Shown: positions 21,839 through 34,782 of the stretch, piece after piece
Layout: every line of letters starts with the position of its first letter
How positions within the stretch are numbered: position 1 is the first letter of the stretch
Origin: Scyliorhinus canicula
Taxonomy: Eukaryota
Direction of reading: 5' to 3'
NCBI RefSeq assembly: GCF_902713615.1
Contig: NC_052169.1
Location: 3,994,915-4,058,914 of the forward strand
DNA length: 64,000 nucleotides
Translations under genes and position numbers: made by a program
The notes under the pieces: generated by a model
Told to the model about the DNA's origin: nothing
Database searches by the model: none
What the model saw: only the letters and a program-made list of their open reading frames with translations

Positions 21839-24500
21839 TTTTTTAAACGTCTAGCATTGCCACAGCAAGGAGGGGCTATTCCATTTATGTTGAGGACAGG
21901 GGTGGTAGGAATCACTGGAGTCACAGATTTGGGCTGACTCTGCCGAGGTACCAGGCTTGTTGTTCAGAGGGACACTGGTTAGGGCCGCATCTTCAGTGTT
22001 ATCAGGCGTGTTGTTCAGAGTTTGGAGAAGCACCTAACTGAGCACCGCCTCGGTTAGTTGTTCAAAGACTTTTACCACAAATCTCATCATTTGAATGTGC
22101 CGTAACAACGTCCCGCCACCAAGTAATTAACTGTGCACCAATTATTTGCAAGTCTTCTGCCACCATTTTGCCCCCTGTGTAGGTGCCCACCACATGCTTT
22201 CCTTGATCGGAAGACCACACCTTGGCACCGAGGGTTGGTTTGCCACAACCAGCATGAAGCTGGGCTAGAGAGATGGAATCCAGCTTACTCACCTGTTACT
22301 GAAGATTTGCAGCATTTCAAGCGTCAGGGATATTGAGAGTCTGAAGATTTGCTGGGTGGTTAGCATTGCTGCCTCACGGCACCGAGGACCAGGTTCAATC
22401 CCGGCCTCGGGTCACTGTTCATGTGGAGTTTGCCTTGTTTTAGTCTTCGTACCAGACTGTGACATTGACCAACGCAACTTTGATATTTCCTGGATATGAT
22501 ATTGGGTTTCCATAAGGAACATCTTTGGCCACGAGCTTCGGCTTCTGGTATACTGTCCAGATTAGGGAATTACTGGCATAGTTGTTCCATATCTTGTTTA
22601 ATCCTGACATTATTGGCGCCGAGGTCCCAGGTTCGATCCCGGCTCTGGATCACTGACCATGTGGAGTTTGCACATTCTCCCAGTATTTGCATGTGTTTCG
22701 CCCCCACAAACCAAAGATGTGCAAGGTAGGTGGATTGAACACACTAAATTGCCCCTTAATTGGAAAAAAATTAATTGGGTACACTAAATTTTTTTTTTTT
22801 AAATCCTTACATTATTTACACACGGGCAGCAACCAAAAATGTGAGCGAGAGTTTCATTTGGAGCCTCGCACCTCTGACATGATTGACAGTATTTTATTGG
22901 CCCCTTGTAAGGGTCATCCGTGTGGAAATAGATTACATCAAAGTAATAGACTATTGATTAGGCAAAACCAACAGGTTCTGTTCATCCCGACGGGAGGATC
23001 ACTTAGAAGGGCAATGTCATCCGCGAAGGCCAATCAGAGCGGTTGACTCATCTGCGGCCCCAGGATCATGGTTGCTCTTCTCCGGGGAGCATACCAGAGG
23101 ATCCCATGCAATGTTAAATAGTATTTAAAAATTTTTTTCCTGTCTTTTCTTTGCACCGGTGTAACTATTGCACTTCTGTCTTGTTATTTATTTTCTGACC
23201 TCGGGGATTGGCCCCTGCTCATCAGTGATACTCTCCACTAGCCCAATGCCCTGAGCCCGGCTGTCGGGGTTGTCCTTCGTGTCCATGAGGACCTCGGATT
23301 GAGTGAGCTGATCATCTACGACCCAATGTTTCGGGATGGTAGCTGGAGGTCTTGTTGGATGTGGGCCCAACCAGTCAGGGTTGCTGGTCTCTCCTTGTGG
23401 CTCGGTTTCTGCGAAATCTGGAGTTGTTACTTGGGCCTCCATCTGGGTGTTCTTCAGGTTTCTGTGTTTATCTGAGATTTGCTTTGTCGTTTTTGTTTTA
23501 AGGACACTTGTAATTTCCTTGTTAATATACTGGCGTAGGGGGGCATCCTCCTCCTCGGATCACTTGTAGTCTCTCCTCCCTGGCTCGGACATGGTTTCAA
23601 GGCTTTGAGGCGTTTCTTGTTTCATGGACTGGCATGTCTATGCCTTTCATGCTGGCCGAGACTAATCTTGGTTGTGAACTGTTGTTTGACTCTCTGCATT
23701 GATAGGCCCCTGGTGGAATGGGTTGCCTTTCGCTTCTATATTTAGCGTAGTGGCAAGAGGTAGCGTGGCATTTTTCAGTTTTGCCGCAGCGTGAACGTTT
23801 GGTTCCAAGGTTCTTGACCTGGTGTATTGGTCATATGGATGTTAAATAAGCCGACTGAGGGGAGGAGGGTGTTGTGTAGCCTGCAGAACAACCCGTCAAT
23901 GGGGTGGTGGATAATCACCTGCCTTGATTGTGACCCCTTCAATGAAGGTGGCCGTCTCGGATGTTTCACAGCGTAGTGTTTTGTCGACCTCATTGGTCAT
24001 AGTAATTCTTCTCACGATCAAATTGTTATATTTCTTGTTATAGAAGGTCTGTGTTGTCACATAGGTGAAATGAAATGAAAATCACTTATTGTCACGAGTA
24101 GGCTTCAATGAAGTTACTGTGAAAAGCCCCTAGTTGCCACATTCCGGCGCCTGTTCGGGGAGGCTGGTACGGGAATTGAAGTGTGCCGCTGGCCTGCCTT
24201 GGTCTGCTTTAAAAGCCAGCAATTTAGCCCAGTGTGCTAAACCAGCCCCTTGTCCCAGGTGGCTTGTCCCAGTGGGTGGGCGGCCCACTCGGGCTCTTCT
24301 GTAACAGTGTCCATGTCTTATACTTCTGGTCCTTCTGGCCTGGCATTGGAACTCCGATCCCAATGGGGTCGGTAAAACTGTCTGATGTCCTCCTCCTCGG
24401 TCTGCATGGTGGCAGAACTTGTAACTAGCCTGGCTAATTACACGTTTGTGGCTACTTAATGACCCTCTATAGTACTTCCTTGAGGTAACTGTTGTCCAAC
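21839..24500 (-). mobile_element. Decayed, internally deleted R2-clade non-LTR retrotransposon in CIB1 intron 5
   Basis: Motifs in colinear order on the minus strand: 3 zinc fingers (23918-23605), Myb (23570-23455), RT ILFNIA.DPL and LAFADDIALLSD (23124-22998), CCHC CQRC..ETLAHIFGCCP (22879-22805), RLE KP(D/N)II...V(D/N)VTV.YE (22512-22446). Interrupted by 3 SINEs. Confidence 0.8.
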
Positions 24501-25151
24501 TGTATTTTGATATTTGGAATAACCTGTGCAACGGTGCAGTTACACTAGAAAAGATCATTAAATATTTAAATACATTACTGTCTAATCGCTCCAGCTCTCC
24601 ATTGACAGTGATATTTTCAGAGACCAAGAAGCAGGTTACTGGCCTGCAATATCAGGGGGAAGTTGATGCATGAAGAATGATGAAACCAGACAAAATTATA
24701 GATGAAATAAATAGAGCGAGCTTAATTTAAAACAGCACCTTTCATGACCTCAAGACATAAAGCACTGCGTGGCTGATTGAGGTACTTTAAGTGTAGGCAC
24801 GATTTTAATATAGAAAATGCAGCAGCCAATTTGTGCAAAGCAAATTGGGATTAATATTTACCTTAATATCTCCCTCTAGTGCTCTTCTCTAAACTCTCAC
24901 TGAGCTCATTCCATTGCCTCCGATTCTAATTATTTCCCAGCACCCAGTAACTCTTTCCTTCCTCCTACATCTGCGGGCTTGGGAGGAGGAAGAGAAGACT
25001 GAAGGAAGCACTTCCACAGTTGATATCACTATCTTCTCACTCTGTGGAAAGTCAGTGTTCTGGCTTTGTATCTAGATTTCCAATTTAAATTAAGGACGCT
25101 GTTAGTTTTTAGTGTTAAAATGTGCAGTTTTTCAAGAAGAGTTTCCCTTAC

Positions 25152-25270
25152 GTTTTGAATCAGCTGGTTCATTTCTGCCTCTGACAGTTGAGTATCAGAT
25201 GTGCCTCCTGTCAGACAATTCACCAAGTTCTTCAAATCCTCTTTGTCTAAAGTGCCGTCATCATCAAAAT
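25152..25270 (-). CDS. CIB1: CIB1 coding exon 5 (EF-hand 3)
   Basis: 119 nt, AG/GT; DFDDDGTLDKEDLKNLVNCLTGGTSDTQLSEAEMNQLIQN. Confidence 0.97.
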
Positions 25271-26641
25271 CTGTAAGCAAGTGTCAAAAGAATGAATGTT
25301 TTAAACACATGTTCTACATTAAGTCAGTATCAGTCACAGACCACAGCTACAATCTTTTCTCATGGAGCTAACTCTGAAACATTCCCATCATGCTGTGCGG
25401 CATAAGGGACAGCACGGTGGCACAGTGGTTAGCATTGCTGCCTACGGCGCTGAGGACCTGGGTTCGAATCCCGGCCCTGGGTCACTGTCCGTGTGGAGTT
25501 TGCACATTCTCGTGTCTGCGTGGGTTTCACCCCCACAACCCAAAGATGTGCAGGGTAGGTGGATTGGCCACGCTAAATTGCCCCTTAATTGGAAAAAATA
25601 TTGGGTACTCTAAATTTTTAAGTTTTTTTTAAATGCTGTGCGGCATATAGGTGGGCTCATACATGTACCCATGTGCTCTCCATCTTAATCCACTGTGCAG
25701 AGGTCAGACAGTTTCCCTGCAGGGACAGGATCAGAGAGCGATAAAGATCTGTATGTTTCTACTGAAGTCCTGGACTTTGATGTGATACCAGCCATCCCCC
25801 AGTGCCTTCCCACATGGTCAATTCTACATTTTGAGCTTACACAGCGAGTGTTAACAGATGATATGGAATTTAGTGAGGAAGGTCACTTATCCAGTATGCA
25901 CATTGCCAACAAAAATCATTGTATGGCAATCGGAGCGGGTGTTATGAAGATGTCCAAACCATATCCCACTTCCTAATGTGCCCAATCATTGTTCCCCATC
26001 TACCATATTGGCTGAGAACAATTAATTCAGCTACTTAACTTTGCTTTAACCTTTTAATAGAGGGCAGTCAGTTGGTCCCTAAATACAACATAGGAATTCT
26101 CTTATTTTTCCTCTTATGAAAATGAAATGAAATGAAAATCACTTATTGTCACAAGTAGGCTTCAAATGAAGTTGTGAAAAGCCCCTAGTTGCCACATTCC
26201 CGCACCTGTTCGGGGAGGCTGGTACGGGAATTGAACCGTGCTGCTGTCCTGCCTTGGTCTGCTTTCAAAGCCAGTGATTTAGTCCTGTGCTAAACCAGCC
26301 CCACTCTGGGAACACAGGGCTCAGCACTGAATCTGAACTTTGTCAGGAACCCACAGAGAAACAGACCTACGTATAGATGCTCAGAGACGTGTCTACCAGG
26401 GTGGCCTGCAAGTGGACCTCATTGTATTGCAGGAGCACTGCACTGAATGTCCTTTAGGGAAGGAAATCTACAGTCCTTATGTGGTCTGGCGTACATGTGA
26501 CTCTAGACCCACATCAATGTAATTGACTCTTACCTACCCCCTCAAGGGCAATTAGGGATGGGCAATAAATTCCCAGCCTGTGATGCCCACGTCCAATGAA
26601 TGAATAAAAAGGTCTAACCCCGCCTAAAAGATCAGACTAAC

Positions 26642-26795
26642 CAAAAATCCTGAAGGCGTAGTGAGACTTTATCTCGAGAGTTGCCGAATCACTAAAAGCA
26701 CTGAGCATGTCCAAGAAATCCTCGAAGGATGCACTGCCATCCTTTTCAATTGCAGTCGAGAACACCAGACAGATTCTCTCTCGAAAAGGGTTAGC
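26642..26795 (-). CDS. CIB1: CIB1 coding exon 4
   Basis: 154 nt, AG/GT; ANPFRERICLVFSTAIEKDGSASFEDFLDMLSAFSDSATLEIKSHYAFRIF. Confidence 0.97.
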
Positions 26796-26999
26796 CTAAA
26801 ATCAAAATACAAAAATAAAGTAACTTAAAATAGTTTACTGCCTTTGTGACTCATCTATGCAATTCTGGTCTTGACTGAGTGGTGATTGGCTACCCGCCTG
26901 GAGGTTATTCACATCCAAGACAAATTCTGTCCTAAATCATCAGAGGAAAATCCAGCAGCCATTCTTTGCAGTTCAGAGAAAGTTCACTAAACTAACACC

Positions 27000-27430
27000 A
27001 GGAATAGACAGGTTGTCGTATGAGGAATGGCTGGACAGGCTGCTGGGGGTTCTAAGAGTGAGAGGCGATTTGATTGATCCCGAGGGGTCTTGACAGGGTA
27101 AATGTGGGAAGAATGTATCCTATTGTGGGAGACGCTAGAACTAGGGGTCATTGTTTAAAAGTAACGAATCACCTATTTAAGACCAAGATGAGGAGAATTT
27201 ATTTTTAAGAATCATGAGCCTTTGGAACTCTTCCTTAAAATTTGATGGAAGCAGTCTTTGAATATTTGTTACGGCATAACTAAATAGATTCTTGCTAAGC
27301 AAGGGGGTGAAAAGTTAATGGGGATTAGGCAGGAATGTGGAGTTGAGATTACAATCAGATCAACTATAATATAATTGAATGACGGAGCAGGCTCGAGGGG
27401 CCGAATGGCCTGCTCTTAGTTTGTATGTTC
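27000..27430 (+). mobile_element. CR1 LINE 3' fragment
   Basis: Similar to the other CR1 3' ends in the window. Confidence 0.7.
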
Positions 27431-27569
27431 TCTATAGGAGAGTCAAGACCGCAAGTGCATTAGGGCCAACACAGCCAAAATCAATCCTCTTCTCAGTGTC
27501 TAGAGAGGCATATTCCAGCAGATAATGAGAAGCAATCAGGACATTTCCTCCTCTTGAACCCAGAAAACT

Positions 27570-30500
27570 TTCAACACTAACTCCAGTAAGCCTGATGTCG
27601 GTAATGGAGAAAATTCTAGAATCCATTAACTAAGATTTTATACAAACTGTTGGACTTTAAACTGTAAGACTTCTTACTGTGCTTACCCCAGTCCAACACC
27701 GGCATCTCCACATCATGGCTAAGATTTTATAGCAGAGCACTTCGAAAATAGTGGCAGGATCAGACAGAGTCAGCATGAATTTATGAAAGGGAAATCATAC
27801 TTGACAAATCTGGAATTCTTGAGGATGTAACTAATAAGAGTTGATGAGGGGGAGGCAGTGGATATGGTATATTTGGACTCTCAGAAAGCTTTTGACAAAG
27901 GTGGAATAAGACATTAGTGTGTAAAATTAAAGCACATAGGATTAGTGGTAGTGTATTGAGATGGATAGAAAACTGGTTGGCAGACACGAAACAAAGTAGA
28001 AATTAACGGGTCTTTTCAAATTGGCAGGCAGTGACTAGTGGGGTACTGTTGGGATCAGTGCTGGGACCCCAGCTATTCACAATATATATTAATGATTTAG
28101 ATGAGGGAACAAAATGTAAGATCTCCAAATTTGTAGATGACACCAAGTTGGGTGGGAGTGTGAGCTGTGAGGAGGATGCAGAGATCCTTCAGTGTGATTT
28201 GGACAAGTTGAGCGAGTGGGCAAATGAATGGCAGATGCAGTATGATTTGGAGAAATGTAAGGTTATCCACTTTGGTAGCAAAAACTAAAAGGCTGACTAT
28301 TATCTGAATAGCCATGAATTAGGAGAGGGGAATGTGCAACAAGACCTTTGTGTCCTTGTACTCCAGTCACTGAAGGGAAGCATGCAGGTACAGCAGGCGG
28401 TAAAAGAAGGCAAAAGATAAGTTGGTATTCATAGCGGGATAATTTGAGTAGTCTGAGATAATGCAGAGATGTCTCGCTGCAATGATACAGGGCCTTGGTG
28501 AGGCCACACCTGGAATGTTGTGTGCAGTTTTGGTCTCCTTATCTGAGGAGGGATGTTCTTGCTCTCGAGGGAGTGCAGCGAAGGTTTACCAGACTGATTC
28601 CAGGGATGGCGGGACTAACGCAAGAGGAGAGATTGAATCAGTTAGGATTGAATTCGCTGGAATTTAGAAGAATGAGGGAGGAATCTCACAGAAACTTATA
28701 AAATTCTAACAGGACTGGATGGACAGGGTAGATGCAGGAAGGATGTTCCCAATGGTGGGTGCGTCCAGAGGATATGAGGTAGACCATTTAGGACAGAGAT
28801 GAGGAGAAAGTTGTGGAAAAAATATAAAATAGTTTAAAAAGAGATGCGCATAGACAATCAATGCTACGGTAGAATGATGGGGTGTAGATTAATTTGTTCT
28901 TAATCTAGGACAAAAGTTTGGCACAACATCGTGGGCTGAAGGGCCTGTTCTGTGCTGTATTTTCTATGTTAAATGTCTTCACCCAGAGAGTGGTGAGCCT
29001 GTGGAATTTGTTACCACAGGAAGTAGTTGAGGCCAAAACATTGTATGTTTTCAAGAAGCAGTTAGATATAGCACTTAGGGCGAGGGGGATCAAAGGATAT
29101 GGGGGGTCCCAGTACACCTGCAAGGGGGGGGGGGGGGGGGCAGCACTAAAGGGGCTGCCGTTCAAACAAGCCCGACACAAATTCCGCTACCTGGGGATCC
29201 AAATAGCCCGTGACTGGAAAGGGATCCACAAATGGAACCTCACCAGTCTGACGGAGGAAGTAAAAAAGGACCTGCAAAGATGGAACACACTGCCCAGGTT
29301 CCTCTTCCTGTTTACATCCATTCTGATCTCCATCCCCAAGGCCTTTTTCAAAGCGCTGGACAAACTAATCATGGCGTTCGTATGGGGGGGGGGGGGGTAA
29401 AAATGCTAGGATCCCAAAAAAGGTCCTACAAAAAACAAAATCCGGGGGGGGGGGGGCTAGCCCTCCCAAACCTACAATTCTACCACTGGGTGGCAACAGC
29501 CGAGCAAGGGGATGGATCCAGGAGCCAGAAGCCGAGTGGGTGCGTGCGGAGGAGGCCTCCTGCATGGGAACCTCCCTCCGGGCCCTCGCCACGGCAGCAC
29601 TCCCATCCCCACCCAAAAGACACTCCACCAGCCCAGTGGTGACAGCCACCCTCCAATCCTGGAACCAACCGCGGCAGCAATTTGGCCTGACCAAAATGTC
29701 GGACAAGGCTCCCATCTGCAGCAACCATAGGTTCACACCAGCACTGACTGACGCCACCTTCAAACGGTGGAGGCAGGACGGAGGGACACTGACAGTCAGG
29801 GACCTATACACGGATGGCAGGATCGCTACACTGGACGAACTGACAGAGAAATTTCGGCTAGCTGGGGGGAACGAGCTACGGTATCTGCAGCTCAAAATCT
29901 TCTTACAAAAGGAGACAAGGACATACCCACAACCGCCACGACAGACACGACTGGAAAACCTACTGGATGCAAGCATCCTAGATAAAGGGAACTGTAGCGA
30001 CATGTATGACCGACTGGTAGAAAGGGACGACAGCGTACTGGCCGCAACAAGAAAGAAATGGGAGGAGGACCTGGAGATTGAGATAGGGTGGGGACTCTGG
30101 AGCGAGGCACTGCATAGGGTCAACTCCACCGCCACGTGCGCAAGGCTCAGCCTGACGCAGCTAAAAGTGGTACATAGAGTCCATTTAACAAGAACCCGTG
30201 TGAGTAGGTTCTTCCCGGAGGTGGAGGACAGATGTGAACGGTGCCAAAGAGGCCCGGCCAACCACGCCCACATGTTCTGGTCTTGTCCCAGACTTGTGGA
30301 ATACTGGACAGCCTTCTTCGAGGCTATGTCCAAAGTGGTGGGGGTGAGGGTGGAGCCATGCCCGATAGTGGCGGTCTTCGGGGTTTCAGACCAGCCAGAT
30401 CTATTCCTGGGGAGGAGGGCAGACGCCCTTGCCTTTGCCTCCCTGATCGCCCGCCGTAGAATCCTGTTTGGCTGGCGGTCAGCAGCACCACCCAGAGCTG

Positions 30501-31373
30501 CAGACTGGTTGTCCGACCTCTCGGAATCTCTCCAAATGGAGAAAATAAAATTCGCCATCCGAGGGTCAGACGACGCCTTCCACGGAACGTGGGAGCCATT
30601 CATGCAACTGTTCCAGGACCTGTTTGTGGCCAACGAACAAGAGGAAGAATAGCCTGACGGCCAAGAATCAGGGGAAAATGGTCGGGGGAAGGTAGCCGGG
30701 GCATGGAGGGGAGAGACGGACTGGGTGGGAGGGAAGGGGGGGAAACGGCTAAACCCGAGGAGGGAGGGGCGAACCACGGGGGGGGGGTGGAGACAGCTAA
30801 AACCTGGGGAGAGGGAGGCGAAGTGTGGAGGGGGGGGGGGGGGGGGGGGCAGGGAAGCAGGAGCTGGAGGGAGGACACGGGATGCCAAAACGTGCATGAC
30901 ATCTCCAGGAGCGGGGAACGAGGAAACTGGAGATGGAGGACGGGAGGAGCGGCAGAAGCGGGGGCAAGCATGGGACGGCAGCGAGACCCGTCCGGGAAGG
31001 GCGGGAGACAGCAACACACAGCACAGCCAAATATCGCACGCTGTGATTTTCTCCCCGGCACCCAAAGGTGTGCTTGCCCCCCCAGGCAGCCGCCTACTTC
31101 TGTGGGGTGGGTAATTTTACTAGATGTACAGAGATGCTGCTGTCGAGCTGGTGCACAATACCCCACCAGTTATTCCATTGCATATGTTATTGTATTTTTT
31201 ATATATATATATATGAAAAAAAACAATAAAAACATTTATTTAAAAAAAGGATATGGGGTGGGGGGGGGGAAGAATTAGTCTTTGGAGTTGGATGATCAGC
31301 CATGATCATAATGAATGGCGGAGCAGGCTCAAAGGGCCGAATGGCCTGCTCCTGTGCCTATTTTCTGTTTCTA
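27570..31373 (+). mobile_element. CR1/HER1 LINE (RT plus 3' UTR) hosting three nested insertions
   Basis: SGV..GSVLGPQLFTIYINDLDEGTKCKISKFVDDTKLGG and VRPHLECCVQFWSPYLRRD; the 3' UTR resumes after 31258. Confidence 0.85.
29105..31245 (+). mobile_element. 5'-truncated L1-clade LINE inserted in the CR1
   Basis: FRYLGIQI, GGLALPNLQFYHW and CERCQRGPANHAHMFWSCPRL (ORF2 C-terminal Cys-rich region); G-rich 3' UTR, AATAAA and A-tail; 13-bp TSD AAAGGATATGGGG at 29092-29104 and 31246-31258. Confidence 0.9.
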
Positions 31374-31554
31374 ACCCGTTTGCTTACACAGAATCAATTT
31401 CTGTGCCAGCACTACAGATGCCAGAGTGGTAACATTAGTGCCCTTGCTGAAGAACTTTCCAGTTGCAAACTATTAGAGCAAAAGGAGAGTTGTCCACAGA
31501 CCGACCATCTCACATTACTGGAATTCTAGAGACTGCATTGGGATCTTTCCATAC

Positions 31555-31654
31555 CTTCAGTTCTGGTAACTCGCAGAGTCTCTCCTTTGAAATTCGTGTG
31601 TTTTGGAAGTCAACCAAATCTTTTGAAAGCAGTTCCGTGAATATTCGATAAGCA
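31555..31654 (-). CDS. CIB1: CIB1 coding exon 3
   Basis: 100 nt, weak taAG acceptor, GTatgg donor; AYRIFTELLSKDLVDFQNTRISKERLCELPELK; phases fit. Confidence 0.9.
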
Positions 31655-32400
31655 CTTAGTGGATAGAAGAGTTAAATGGACATTACTATGTTAAACTTTG
31701 TCTTTGGAACATTACAAAATAATCTATGAAAATTTTTAAACCAGAACTGCCAGTCACAATGCAATGCACTTGAATGTTTAATGCAAAGCAGAGAGCTATT
31801 ATTCTTCAGCACTTGTGTCCACGGGAATATGCATTGATTCAGTTGAAAAAGCTGCTGATGAAGAGGAGGAAATCATGAAGTGATCACCATCATTACAAGC
31901 AGCTGTATTTATTGTCCATCGCTCCGAACCTGTGGCGTTAACTCCTTTCTGAGGTATAGTTCCACAGGTACAGAAATTGATCTGTTACCTCACCCAAGCT
32001 ATTCTTGTGTAAGCCTGGACAGTGAATGGTGATGGTTATTTGACTATTGAGGCCTCATGCTAAGCCTGTTATACTCACCGTACAGCTACACATGTGCAAT
32101 GGTCATGATAGAGCAAAGAGGAGCAAGAACTCTGGCTGATGTTTCTTCCTCCTTATTGAGGAACAAAGCAGCCAATTGCATTGTCATAGCTGCCAACTCT
32201 GCCGAGAGCAGCATAATTCAAGGACTGAATCTTTGACTATTACTGTTCTGGAAGAGCTATTGCTACAGTAGGAAGTGTATTTAGCGAGTAAGCCCGCACC
32301 ACAGCGCTTCAGCAATTGCTGAGATGTCAAATCCCACTGTGGTGATTTGATGAATATTTTCAATATTCTCCAGGAACAAAATATAAAATCCTCTACTTAC

Positions 32401-32435
32401 TGCAGAATGTCTTGCTTTGTTAGAAACGTTAGTTC
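32401..32435 (-). CDS. CIB1: CIB1 coding exon 2
   Basis: 35 nt, ttttAG/GTaagt; ELTFLTKQDIL(H). Confidence 0.95.
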
Positions 32436-33176
32436 CTAAAACAAAGGGAGAGAGAGAAAAAAAATACTTCAACATTGCTGCCACAAACATTAACCATTGT
32501 TACAGTCTGAGTCACTCGAGCAAGTCAAGCTATTTATGATCCAACAACTGACTAAAGATGGATGTTCTCGGTCTTTGCTGCACAAGAGAGAAAAAGGCCT
32601 TGTACACACTCCTATCACAATTCAACCCAAAGATGTGCAGGGTAGGTGGATTGGCCACGCTAATTTGCCCCTTAATTGGAAATAAAATAATTGGGTACTC
32701 TAAATTTTAAAAAAAAATTGTCAGTTTGTTTGGGTGAATGCAAAAGGTCCTGCAGAACTATCACAAAGAAAAATAGGGAGCTCCAGTGACCTGGTCAACA
32801 TTGCTCCACTCTCCTCCATTGATAATTGAAAATACATTAACTGATATTAATCTCATGTACTATTTGTGAAATATTACCATGTGCTGCTTTTACACCAAGT
32901 ACTGTGTTTCAAAGGGTGTGATGAGATGCACTTTGGGATGTCCTATTTACCTTCCAAGGGAATCTTTTCTGCTCCTGATTATTTTAATGATGCTGTTGCT
33001 GCAAAGCCTAATTCTCTTGGCTAAGACACTAATAGGAACCAACATCTCATATTTGGGTTAATGAGACTTTGATCCAATATTGAAGTAAGACTGGAATGGC
33101 CACCGGCTGCCATCCAGACTGGCTTAGCCATTATTGAAAGAGTTGGAATAAAATACTTTGGAAAGTAAAATTTCAC

Positions 33177-33227
33177 CTGATATTCAGAAAGTTGCTCCTT
33201 TGAGAGGTGGCTGGCCGATCCCCCCAT
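33177..33227 (-). CDS. CIB1: CIB1 coding exon 1 (ATG; Gly2 myristoylation motif)
   Basis: MGGSASHLSKEQLSEYQ then GTgaaa donor. The seven exons sum to 570 nt (189 aa plus stop). Confidence 0.95.
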
Positions 33228-34782
33228 ATTTCCACTTTGACACAAATGACTCCAAACTTGGAGCTTCTCCTGTGGCACCTGCAGTCTCTCTGAACCCTTG
33301 GTAACTTTTGAATTAAATTTGGAGCTGAAAGGAAAACAGACAGGTTAACATGTCTTGTGAAGATCTTTGTTCTTACCTGGATGTTGAATAAAGGGAGAGA
33401 ACCGTTATTGGGTGGAGGGCAACAACAGGTTAAAGTGGCACGAAGGTTGCTGACTCTAGTCACAGGCAGTTACTGGGTTTAATGAATTGCAAACAAATGT
33501 TTTGAGACGCGAGATGAAATGAAATTAAAATTGCTTATTGTCACAAGTAGGCTTCAATGAAGTTACTGTGAAAAGCCCCTCGTTGCCACATTCCGGCGCC
33601 TGTTCGGGGAGGCTGGTATGGGAATTGAACTGTGCTGCTGGCCTGCTTTAAAAGCCAGTGATTTAGCCGAGTGTGCTAAACCAGCCCCTGAAAACTGGCA
33701 AATAAAAGAAAATCATCTGATGTAATGCAATGGAATTAGATTCATTTAAATCCATTACCACTTTTCACAAAGATTCTCAAAATGCTTCACGCACATAATT
33801 AAACAATGCCGTTATTGTTGCTGTTTGGACAAATAAGTGAAATCCATCTACAGCAGATGAATGATCAGTTAATCTATTTCTGGTAAATTTGACTGGGAGG
33901 AATGTTGGCCAGGACCCTGGGAGACTCCCCTCCAAGATGGAGAGAGATTAAATAATAGTAGAAATGGCATGAAAATGAGCGTCACTGTCTGAAGTTGAAG
34001 GTGGTGGTCAGAGATGTGTAGGGTGCTCAGGAGGTTGACGAGATTCCTTTTTTGATCTACATTAAGCTTGGTTGCGCAGGGGGATTTGAAATGGTGAGCT
34101 GTAGGGAGGGTGTGATCAAATTTGGGGGCAGAACAGATTTGTTCTTGTCCAACCAAATCACCTGATTTGCACAAAGAGAAATTTAGGGCAATTCTGATAC
34201 TTCACATTGAAACATTAATTGGAAATTCTGGGTTTGGAATGGAGGGGAACAAGATAGATAAGGTAAAGCTCGGACTCCTAACCATTATGCTATACATATC
34301 TTCATGCATTATAAATCAACCATTAAAGGTCTGGCGTCTAATGTTACTTCTTCCGATAAATGCACTGTGCTGAAATAGCTCATCTTAACTGAAATGGAGG
34401 CCATTATGATATAATTAGCTTCAGTGTCTCAACAATGTAGCGGGAGGGGAAAACAGCTGAGATTCCTGTACCTGACAACCCGTGTGTATGTTTATTTAAT
34501 TTTGTTTCAAAAAAATAGTTGGAAACAGCGAGGAAATAATCCGCTGTAGCTTTAGTCCAGTGAAGCCCACCCTCCTCCACATTAAACATCAACTGACATC
34601 AGGAGTTAATTGAGTTTTGATCTTTTTTGTTTTTACTGACAAGTCAGATATGGATAAGGAAAATCATTAGGTTATTTTAGCACATCAATCAATAGAATCT
34701 TCAATTGCATCATCCAAGGTGCTTCTAAATGAATTAAGGGTGTTTGCTTGCACTACCTTACTTAGAAACTTATCCCATATGT

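Noticed and set aside
29365-31065. 566-aa minus-strand ORF
   Set aside because: Antisense shadow of the GC-rich L1 ORF2 and 3' UTR; no independent domain is recognisable.
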